In this document: positions 18,115-28,100 of the stretch, piece by piece | How positions within the stretch are numbered: the first letter of the stretch is position 1 | Layout: each line of letters starts with the position of its first letter | Sequence record: MZ779063.1 | Length of the DNA stretch: 64,000 nucleotides | Reading direction: 5' to 3' (one strand) | The notes under the pieces: model-generated | What the model saw: only the letters and a program-made list of their open reading frames with translations | What the model was told of the DNA's origin: nothing | Databases searched by the model: none | Made by a program: the position numbers and the translations under genes

Positions 18115-18621
18115 TTAAACGAATAATGAAAGATTGATTGCATTTGTATAAGGATCTGATAATTTATATACATAAATATTAGTAATCATTAAATCTTTCA
18201 TTTCAATTTCATTATTTTTCATCAATTCATCTAACTCTGTATCTTCTTTAATAGAATCAAAAATAGCTGGACCGATATACTTTAATACTTCTTTGTCTAA
18301 TTTGTCAGCTACATCTTCTTCATATTCTCTTAAGTAAGCTTCATACTCATCATTATTTCCCTGAAAACTTTGTTTATTTTTAGCATGCAAATCTTCATCA
18401 TCTAATTTAATAACAAATGTTGGTTTTTTAACATCAATATGTTTTTCTGCCGCTTCAGATCTAAATTTAAAGTTTTCAGATTTATTAATAGTATCACGAA
18501 TAATATCAACTGTATTCTCTAAATCGATATAGTTCATAATGTTATTTCTAATTCTCATTATTAACTGCAAATCTCTAATATCTTTTTCTTCATTAACTAA
18601 TACATCTTTATTATTTCTCAT
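18115..18621 (-). CDS. Hypothetical protein
   Basis: 168-aa ORF coupled to rusA. Confidence 0.75.
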   Translation of the reverse strand: MRNNKDVLVNEEKDIRDLQLIMRIRNNIMNYIDLENTVDIIRDTINKSENFKFRSEAAEKHIDVKKPTFVIKLDDEDLHAKNKQSFQGNNDEYEAYLREYEEDVADKLDKEVLKYIGPAIFDSIKEDTELDELMKNNEIEMKDLMITNIYVYKLSDPYTNAINLSLFV

Positions 18622-18623
18622 TT

Positions 18624-19274
18624 TTATTTATTCTCCATTCTTTTCTCTTTTATTTTTTCTATTAATGTTTTATACTTGTCTAATAATACTTTATCCATTC
18701 TACCTTTAGATTCTTCTAGATCATCTTTTACATATTTAATATGTATGAATGTTTTATCTTTAAAATCACTAGAATACTTCTTAAGAGAAGTTACTTTAAA
18801 TATCTGAGCATCATCTTTCCAAAACATTTCATTCATAACATCAAATGTAGTTTTTTGGAAATTATCAACATCAGGAGTATTTGTTCTCTTAATTAAACCT
18901 AAAAGTTTAAATAATATAAGTTTTATTGAATCAGTATTATTACAAGGATTTCTTTCTGTAATTAATTCAAATTCAATAGGTTTTTCAAAATTATTTTTAA
19001 TGATATCTTTTATAAAATCTTCTTTTAATTCTTCTTTCATTCTTTTCTTTAGTTCTTTTTTATATGTGTGTAAAGGATCATAAGTTCTCATTCCGCTTTT
19101 TCTATGTCTAAGATATTGATAAACTTCATGATCATCTATAGAAATAATAATTTCATTATCATTTACACTTTTATATTCAATATTACAATTTTTAACTTCT
19201 TCAATTTTATCTAATATCTTTTTAGGTACTTCTTTTTTCTTTTTAGGCATTTTTTCATTCAATTCCTTTAGCAA
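18624..19274 (-). CDS. rusA: RusA-family Holliday junction resolvase
   Basis: PDVDNFQKTTFD...WKDDAQI acidic catalytic motifs. Confidence 0.85.
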   Translation of the reverse strand: MLKELNEKMPKKKKEVPKKILDKIEEVKNCNIEYKSVNDNEIIISIDDHEVYQYLRHRKSGMRTYDPLHTYKKELKKRMKEELKEDFIKDIIKNNFEKPIEFELITERNPCNNTDSIKLILFKLLGLIKRTNTPDVDNFQKTTFDVMNEMFWKDDAQIFKVTSLKKYSSDFKDKTFIHIKYVKDDLEESKGRMDKVLLDKYKTLIEKIKEKRMENK

Positions 19275-19329
19275 AGTGTATATTTATAATAATAACGTTA
19301 TATGTATATTAAAATTTTTTATAAAATAA

Positions 19330-19361
19330 ACGGTAACATTCAATTTAATGAATGTTACCGT
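19330..19361 (-). terminator. Intrinsic terminator after holin
   Basis: 13-bp stem ACGGTAACATTCA/TGAATGTTACCGT. Confidence 0.75.
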
Positions 19362-19369
19362 AGAATATA

Positions 19370-19909
19370 TTAATTTGATTGATCTTCAGCAGATCCTCCA
19401 CCTAAGATTTCAGGATTGTAATTAGCATCAGCTCTAACATCTGATTCTATTAATTCTTCATCATCTTCAGTAGAAACTTGTTGTTCTAAACCTTCACTCT
19501 CAGGGATTTCTGGATCCTTTGACAAGTTTGTAGTTTCTTGGTTGCTCTCTTGCTCCAAAAAAGGTTTCACTGGAGGAAGAACCGTACCGTCATAGTCCAT
19601 TGCTTGAAGAGATTTTTCATTATTTGTAGTAGGTCTACTTTTAGCTAAGTTACGTTCAGAGTCAGCTATTCCTTCAGTAGTACTATCTACAAAACGACCA
19701 ACTAAACTAGATATAACCCCTGCTAAAACTTGAACAATACTTAAAACATTAGTTTCAGTGTCACCAGAAACTTCTCCGCCAAAAGCACGAATTAAGAAAA
19801 TAACTACGTTGACTAATTGAACTAATAGGGCTGCTGTCCATGCTTTATTTTTAAATCTAACTAATACGTTAATCTGTTTATCTTTACCAATTTTTAAATT
19901 TTTTCCCAA
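19370..19909 (-). CDS. Holin, phiLC3-like, with acidic C-terminal extension
   Basis: VRFKNKAW...2 TM...VDSTTEGIADS signature. Confidence 0.8.
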   Translation of the reverse strand: MGKNLKIGKDKQINVLVRFKNKAWTAALLVQLVNVVIFLIRAFGGEVSGDTETNVLSIVQVLAGVISSLVGRFVDSTTEGIADSERNLAKSRPTTNNEKSLQAMDYDGTVLPPVKPFLEQESNQETTNLSKDPEIPESEGLEQQVSTEDDEELIESDVRADANYNPEILGGGSAEDQSN

Positions 19910-19949
19910 TTTAATATTTCTCCTTTTTTATTAAAATAAATATTTAAAA

Positions 19950-20507
19950 CTATCCTCCAAATATTCTTCTAAGTATATCTAAGATTACTGAAGGAGCTAA
20001 TATCAAAGACACTATATTGACAAATAAATTTCTTTTAAAAGTTTTATTTTCTTTTTCATCATTAGAACCGTCTTCAATCTTCTTAAACTCAATTTCAAAG
20101 TCTTCTATATTAAGTTTACTATCTAAACCCAATCTTAAATCTTGTATATCACTAGTTATTTTTCTTTCAACTTGTTCAACATTTTGATTTAATTCTTGTT
20201 TAACAGATTGTATTTGTGATTCTAATTCATAATGTCTTCTTTTTCTTTCTTCTTCTTCAATTTTTCTATTTTCTCTATCTTCTTTCATTTCTTTTCTAAT
20301 TTCTTCAGTATTTTTACCCATGCTTTCAAGTAATACTTCTACACGTACTAAAGTGTTACTTGTTTTTTGACTCTCGGATTTAACTTCATCTATTTTCTTA
20401 TCAAACTTCTCTTCAATTTCTTCTTTAAGTGAATTATTTGACTTTAGTAATTCTAATTCAGTTATAGATTTACTATTTTCATACAATCTTCTTTTATCTT
20501 CTTCCAT
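19950..20507 (-). CDS. Coiled-coil protein with C-terminal TM anchor
   Basis: Heptad-rich, C-terminal LFVNIVSLILAPSVIL; typical pre-holin position. Confidence 0.7.
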   Translation of the reverse strand: MEEDKRRLYENSKSITELELLKSNNSLKEEIEEKFDKKIDEVKSESQKTSNTLVRVEVLLESMGKNTEEIRKEMKEDRENRKIEEEERKRRHYELESQIQSVKQELNQNVEQVERKITSDIQDLRLGLDSKLNIEDFEIEFKKIEDGSNDEKENKTFKRNLFVNIVSLILAPSVILDILRRIFGG

Positions 20508-20988
20508 TTATAATAGATTCCATTCTCATTTCAAGAATTGTAAATACTGCAAAGAAGAGATTTAGGAAAGAGATGATGATTTTTAATATTATAGTAGATT
20601 GCATACCAGCACTATCTAAAGATAGAATAGCGTATATTAAAAATAGAGCGAAGTTAATAAATGCACCTATAGTCATTAAAGGTTTTGTCATGAAATTATC
20701 CAAGAATAGGGAAGCGGCTAAAGCCAATCCTCCAATAATTAAAAATACTCCATATGTTTTTAAATCCATAAAATGAGAAATAGCCACATAAATATCTGAT
20801 GTTCTATAAGCTTCTCTTGTTCTAAAAACAAATTGAAAACCATAAATTAAAGAATAAACAGCTAAGAAAATAGGAGTTATATAATATTTAAATTGCTTAA
20901 GAAAATAATATAATTTGATGACTAAACTATTTGCTTCTTCAACACTTAGATTATCTTCTCTATCATTATTTTTATTATCGTCCGTCAT
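20494..20988 (-). CDS. Four-TM membrane protein
   Basis: Four hydrophobic segments; overlaps next gene. Confidence 0.75.
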   Translation of the reverse strand: MTDDNKNNDREDNLSVEEANSLVIKLYYFLKQFKYYITPIFLAVYSLIYGFQFVFRTREAYRTSDIYVAISHFMDLKTYGVFLIIGGLALAASLFLDNFMTKPLMTIGAFINFALFLIYAILSLDSAGMQSTIILKIIISFLNLFFAVFTILEMRMESIINGRR

Positions 20989-21031
20989 AGTTATTTTTCA
21001 CATCCTATTCTTTTATTATAAATCTTTATTA

Positions 21032-21043
21032 TAAACCTTTGTT
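21032..21043 (-). promoter_or_regulatory. Late promoter AACA-N6-TA
   Basis: AACA AAGGTT TA upstream of membrane/holin operon. Confidence 0.6.
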
Positions 21044-21088
21044 CCTTTAATAGTCTTGATGAGTCCTATAAATTTTCGAGCAAAATAA

Positions 21089-21122
21089 AGTCCCTAACAC
21101 TCAAATAAGAATGTTAGGGACT
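21089..21122 (-). terminator. Intrinsic terminator
   Basis: 11-bp stem AGTCCCTAACA/TGTTAGGGACT, T-tract on minus strand. Confidence 0.75.
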
Positions 21123-21261
21123 GTTTGAAGACTTTGCCAAAATTAAAAGAAAAAAGAATAAAGATAGACAAGAACAAAGAAATTGTATGAAAGATATTTA
21201 TGTAAATAACTTTCATATAAATATGTTCTATTTTTCTTTATTCAATTGATGCTGATAAGAA

Positions 21262-21678
21262 TTACTGGTTAGGTAAAGATCCACCTTGAGCTGTTGAAGG
21301 GTTTTCAGGATCTTCTTCTTGAGGTTCTACTTCTGTAGCTCGACCAACACCTTGAACTTCAGAATCTTCAACTGAATCCTCAACCATATGTTCTTCATCA
21401 ATAGGATCGATTTCTTCAACTAATTCTTCACTACTATTGTGGGTTCCGCTTGTATACCATGTTTGAGATCCTCTAAAATCATTAGCTGGATCATATGATG
21501 GATCCGTCACCCAATCACCATTATTAGAATTTTCTTCATTGAAAGCAATTTCATTTAAAATTTCTTCAACTAATGCTTTTAACCCATTGCCTTCAGAAAC
21601 TTCTTCTAATTCCAATACTCCTTTAGCAACTAAGGTTGCATGAAAAGTTACAATAAAAGATTTTTTACTAAATTCCAT
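21262..21678 (-). CDS. Hypothetical protein with acidic C-terminus
   Basis: 138 aa, AGGAGG RBS. Confidence 0.8.
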   Translation of the reverse strand: MEFSKKSFIVTFHATLVAKGVLELEEVSEGNGLKALVEEILNEIAFNEENSNNGDWVTDPSYDPANDFRGSQTWYTSGTHNSSEELVEEIDPIDEEHMVEDSVEDSEVQGVGRATEVEPQEEDPENPSTAQGGSLPNQ

Positions 21679-21693
21679 AATATAAAATTCCTC

Positions 21694-22062
21694 CTATTTT
21701 CTATTAGCCATTAAAGCAGCTAATCTCTCTTGAAGCTCACGAATTTCTTTTTCTTCAGGAGTTTCTTCTGGTTCTTCTTTCTTATTAAAAGTTTCACCTG
21801 GTTTTTCAGCTAATCTAGGAGTAGCATTTTCATATTCTATTTTTAATTTTTCCATCTGTTCACGAATATTATGGTCTACAATAAATATTACAGATTCTTT
21901 AGTTGAATCATTCATATTTCCTATAGAATAACCATAGAAATATCCTTCTTCATCTATATCTTGCATATTTATGATTAGCCAGAATCGACCATCAATTCTT
22001 TTTCCTCTTTCATCATACATATTTTTATGTGTTTCTACAAATGCCAATAAGAAAACCTCCAC
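21694..22062 (-). CDS. Hypothetical protein (possible tail-fibre chaperone)
   Basis: Immediately downstream of the large fibre gene; EETPEEKEIRELQERL coiled tail. Confidence 0.65.
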   Translation of the reverse strand: MEVFLLAFVETHKNMYDERGKRIDGRFWLIINMQDIDEEGYFYGYSIGNMNDSTKESVIFIVDHNIREQMEKLKIEYENATPRLAEKPGETFNKKEEPEETPEEKEIRELQERLAALMANRK

Positions 22063-22108
22063 TATATTATTTTAATTTATAAATAATAGTTTAAAATAAT
22101 ATAGTTAG

Positions 22109-25100
22109 TTATCTCACATCACTTTCAAAATTACTTAATGACATACGCACTATAGATATTTGACCTAATTGTGCACTTCCTGTAGAACCTGTTATAGAAA
22201 GCTGTATCAGTAAATATTTATTAAAATTATCAGGAACTCCTAAATCTATAGTTGCTATTCTTGTTGAAGTATCAACTTTAGAACTTCCTGTTACCCCTAT
22301 TTCTTTATGCATTTTTATATCACTATTTGTTTTCCAACCCATACCATCACTAAATGTAATATAAAGATTATTGCCTTCAGTTACTGTTGCCCTGTAAACA
22401 AATTTTAGATATCTTCTATTATGATGATAACTAAATACATTTAGTGTCGCTTTGTCTTTACCTGATGATTCATCTAATTGTGCATTATCGTAACCATATT
22501 TATAAATATCTCTATAAATATTATATGTTCCAGCTCTAGTATCGTCTAATACTATAGGTCTAAAGTTTTTTTCATTGGTAGCATGAGCAGATCCACTAAC
22601 CCAGTTCCAAGTTCTAACTCCAGGCATAGTAGGCATAAAGTTAGTTTCAGATAAGAACATACCTTCAACCATTTGGTCAACACCGTTTTTTCTTATATTT
22701 AATCCAGTTGAATTTATTTCCACAAAATTATCAGTATCTAGAGCACTTTTTGATATTCTCAATACATCATTTGTAAATGAAAGATTGCCTTTATTATTAT
22801 ATATTTTAACTTTATCCGTATTTAGATCTATACTACTAGATATCATTTTAATTGATTCCGAGTTCATAGTTATCTTACTTGATAAAGAACTAGTGCTATA
22901 TTTATCTAATGCCGAAGGTGTCCATGGTTTTAATTGATTACCTTTTTCTAATTTTGGAAGAGCGTAATAAAATACAGTTCCATCATTATAAGCATCAGTT
23001 TTATCATAGTTGTTATAACGTAATAGAAATCTTAGATAATTGGTTCTTCCATTACTAGAGTTTCTAGGTATTTTAGCTGTAAAACTATATCTAACCCATT
23101 TATCAAATATAAATTCACTAGCAGGTATCTCAACTACACCAAATTTAGGATTGGTAGTTTGTTGTATATTCTCATAAGTTGCCACCTCAAAATATATCTT
23201 ATAAGTAAGGAATTTTCTAGCTGTTGCAGGAATGTATATATAAACAGAGCCTGTTACTTCATCTCCAATACTAAATTGACCTTCTTGACCTACAGGTAAA
23301 TAGCTTGACATTACTGCAGGCCATGTTGTTCCAAAGTTATTATGTTTATATTTGAAGACATCTTTTACTTTATTAATATCAAAACTAGTATCGTCATTAG
23401 AATCTTTCGACTCAATTACAGTTATATTTTCAAAAGAGGCAGTTATATCAGCATTATCTGTAGTTCCTGCTTTTGCAGCATAAAATAACAACTGATTAAT
23501 TTTATCCTCATTAGGAGTAGTAATTTCTATTACGTTTCTTTTAGTTGTGCTAACAGGATAATCTATTCTATTAACTGAACTAATTTCAGGTAATGTATCC
23601 AAATCAGTTGAATACCCTGAACCTTTATAAGGATATCTATATGGGTACAATGAAATTAAACCTTCACTATTTTTCCCAGATTGTATATTATAATCAAATG
23701 CTACTTTATATTTAGTATTCTTTTTTAGATATCCATTTAATGGAAGAGTCATTCTTTTATAAGTTCCTCTGGATACATTGTTTACACGATAAACTGAACC
23801 TAAAGCTAGATTGTTATCGGTATTAAAAGTCATATCATCTTCAGAAGCTATTGAAAATCTAGGATTTTTAGGATAATTTCCTTCATCCAGTCTTATATTT
23901 TTAAAGTAAAACTTACCATCTGAATATGGTGAAACGGAGGCTATTATTAATCTTAATTGAGTCATTCCGCTTAAATCTGAGCTAGTTAGATTGAACGTAG
24001 TTTGGAAAGTACTCCAATCATCATTGATATCATTTTCAGCAGATATTGTATAACTTAAAGGATTGATTGAACTTGATGATTTGTTCACACGTAAACTTAC
24101 AGTAATAGACCCTTTAGTAGTTTCTAAAGATTTTCTAACATCAAAACTAAAAGTATAAGTACCTGGCTTAATTTTAGATAATTTTAAACTTCCATCTGCA
24201 TCTTTATAATCAATATTAGATGTTTGCCATTGTTTCCATCCTTCATTAGAATTTGAAATTATAGAAAGATAATCTCTATAATTTGTAGTTGTATCTGTTG
24301 GATTTGATTCAGTTGATCCACTAAATGTGTATGTCCAGTAAGGTGAGTCAATCTTATCCGCAAAGTTTAAATTGTTTGATGTATCATCATCATTAGTTTT
24401 CCAACCTTCCCATCCATTTCTAAGATCAGAGTTAATAAGTGCGTTATCTGCATTAAGATAATTATTTATTTTATTAACAGATAACTCAATAGAATCTGCC
24501 TTTTGATCTATTTTAGAAGAAACAGTCGATATTGAAGTCTCAATATCTTCGGGAGCTGGTGTCCAATCAGTAGATTTATTACCTTTTTCAAGTTTAATCC
24601 ATTCTATAGTTGATAGATAATTTCCATCTTTAGGCATATCGTATATTGTTAATAACTTACTTAAATTTCTTGAAGATTGTTTGGCAACCCCAGTACCTAT
24701 CCATAAACCCTTTTTAGAATCATATGTTAAATTACATAAGTTTGTATAACCGTCATCAATATAAGCACTAAAATAGTGGTCTTTATTATTTGTATTACCT
24801 TTTATTGTAACTGTATAAGTCTCATCCACTATCCAATCTAATGACAAATTATATGGTTTCCCATATAATGTATGATTTACATATTTATTATTTTTACTAT
24901 CTAAAACTAAATTTCTTCCACCAATTCGAATATCATTAATTTGAGAGTTTACATCTTCGGGAGCTGGAGACCAGTCAGTTGCTTTATTACCCTTTTCAAT
25001 TTTAATATTTTCAATAGAGAATTTATCTCCATTGTTATTGTTATAAGCATATATAGCCCATCTAGTGTTAGTTCCAGAAGTCTTAGTTATTTTAGAAGTG

Positions 25101-28100
25101 TATTTATATCTAAATTTTTTATTACCAACATTAGTTATTGTATCGCTACCAATAGACATACCTGGATCTACTACACTATCATATATTCTGAAAACATCTC
25201 CACGTTCCATTTGTAAGTCAAATGATATAGAAATTTCATCTCCGACTTTTACTTTATTCAATAACTCATCAATATAAATTCTCCATAAATATTGATAAGA
25301 TCCATTTGAATTATCTTCAAAGCCTTTATTCCAAGATAAACTGTTTTCTAATAAGTTTCTTGCACCAATCTGTATATTATTAATATTTTCATTAACTCTA
25401 TTTTCTACTGCAGTAACTTGTGATGTAATTTGATTTGGTAATTGTTGGATACTAGAAGTATTAGCAGCAATTTTACCATCCATCTCATCTTGTTTACTAA
25501 CAATACTAGTAATCTTATCAGTTTCTACTTTTAATTCACTGTATTGATTTGTAGTTTTAGTATCTAATGTCGTAATAGAAGAAGCGTTAAGTGTAATATC
25601 TTTCTCAGTTTGAGTTATACGAGTTTCATTTTTAGCAAATCTACTTCTATAATCTTCTGGCGATACGTCCCAAGAAGAAGCCACATTACCTTCTTCTAAT
25701 TGAATATGACCTACATAAGTATCCTTAGTTGTATTATCAGCAGTAAACTGAATTTTAAGGAAATTATTAGTTTTAGAATTGAATCTCAACTCATAACGAG
25801 TAGGAGTTGTTGTCAATGTCTTAGCAGATTCAGTCATAGTAATAAGATAATCTTTAGGAGAAACTTCAGTAGTTAAACTTGAAGCTTTCGTAATAGGTGT
25901 TTTAATTACTGGAGACGCAGCTGCTGAATAAGCATCATAGCTTAATACATAATTCGTATTAGGTTTAACTGCAACTATTTGAGACACTTCAGATAAATTT
26001 GTTCTAGTATTAGCATAAGTTATACTATTATTAACTTTTTTAGTAATGCTAGCTAAGAAAGGTAAATCAAATTTTTCAGTTCCAGCAAGCATGTTCTTAG
26101 TACCAATTTTAACTTTTCCCGATATAGCTTCAGTACTAGTCTCAGTTGTTACTCTTTGATCTATTCTACCAATTTCAGCAGTAATATTTGTATTTAAATT
26201 TGATACAGTTTCATTAACGCTAGTTTTAGTGGCATAATCTTTAGAAATATCTTGTTTAATAGAATCAGCTGTAGTAGTAATGCTAGCCTGTAAAGTTTGT
26301 TTAGTGTCATTAATAGCAGATTGTCTATCTGTAACTTCTTGAGTTATTTTATCATTAGCTACTTTTAATTCACCAGTTAAATCACTGATATTGCCTTCAT
26401 TTTTAGTAACTTTATCAGCAGTAATAGTATAGCTATCATTAAGTTGGGTTACTTTAGTTGACAAATCAGAATAATTTTCATCACTTCTATCTATTCTAGA
26501 AACTAATGATGTGATATTATCAGTGGCTACTTTTAAACTACCTTCTAAATTAGTGACATTTTCTTGAGTGACTTTTTGTTCTTCAGAAATAGCTTTAATT
26601 TCTCCAGCAACTGTTTCTAATCTAGATGATATATCTCTGACAACTTTATCATCTAAATCTTCTATTTTCTTAGATACTTCTTGACGAATCATATCTACTG
26701 TTTGACTGACTTCAGAGAAACCTTCGACTACCTGTTTACGATAATCATCCATTTCTTTTTTAGTCATCATAGTGGCTACTAATTCATTAGTGTCAATTAC
26801 AGTTTTCTTAACAGATTCTAATCCAGTGACATCGTACATTTCTAAATTAGTAACCCAGAATTTAGGTTCATCAGAACCATCTTCAAATTCTGTTACATCT
26901 GAATCTTCAGATTGGTTTACCTTAAAGTATAATGTCATATAGAAAGCACCGTATAAGAAACCATTAGTACCTCTAACATTTTCTTTAGTAATTAAACCTT
27001 GACGGTGATACCAACCATTAAATTCTTCAGGATCGTCATCTTCTTCTGTATTAGGAATATCTTCATCTTTAATTAAAGACCATTCAACATTACTATCAGT
27101 GAATGTTCCTGAAACTTTAGTTCCGGCAGGGAAACCTCCATCTTCAGAATCGTAATTAATTAAATCAAAAGGTCTATTTAAATAGATACAATTGTTTTCT
27201 CTATCAATAGCTCCAAAATCCCAACCGTTCATGAATACATTTCTAGAATAAGTTGATTCTCCATAATTATAACCATCATTACTCTTGAAATTCCAAATAA
27301 CTAATGAATGATTATCATTATAATCTACTAAATTAGGATTAATATTTTTATTAACTATTCCTGCATTTGATACATTATAATTATTAGTCATATTCTTAAT
27401 AGCTTCTTCTTCATCTACCGGAGTTGAATTAGTTTCAACTGGTTCTTCAGATTCAGACATAGGGAGATCAGGTTCTGTAGTTTTATCTTCTTCAGGAGTA
27501 TCATCTGCATATATTACACTATCTTCTTCTTCATCAGGTAATGCATTAGGATCATCTATAGAAAGAATATCATCTGCATCACTAGGTAATATAACTGATC
27601 CATCTCTATCGTAATCATAAACAGGAGTATCATCTTCTTCATCTAACGGTGCAGATTGGAATCTATAAGTGTCATCAAGACCATCAAGACTCTTGAAATA
27701 AATAACTTTATCCCCTTGTCTTAATTCTTGAGCTAATTCAATTACAGGTTTCTCACTACCCATTACATGTTGTGATTCTATTAATTGTCCGTCTTTATCA
27801 TAACTTAAATGACCTATAGAAGAAGGAAGAGAATTATTATTCTTCATAAACATAGAAAGTTTGTATGTTTTCTCTGGATTAATTGGTATTAATCTTTCAG
27901 AAGAAACAGTATTGTTAAATCCTTCCATTCTAAATGAAGCTGCAGATTGGAAAGCGTCTGAATTATCGTAATACATTCCAGGAAAGTTTGATTCATCTCC
28001 TTGATCTGCATTACCATTAAAAATTAAGTTATCTCCACGAGAATCCATATAGTAATTAAATTCTTGTTGTGATACTTCTAATTCTTGACCTAAATCTTCT

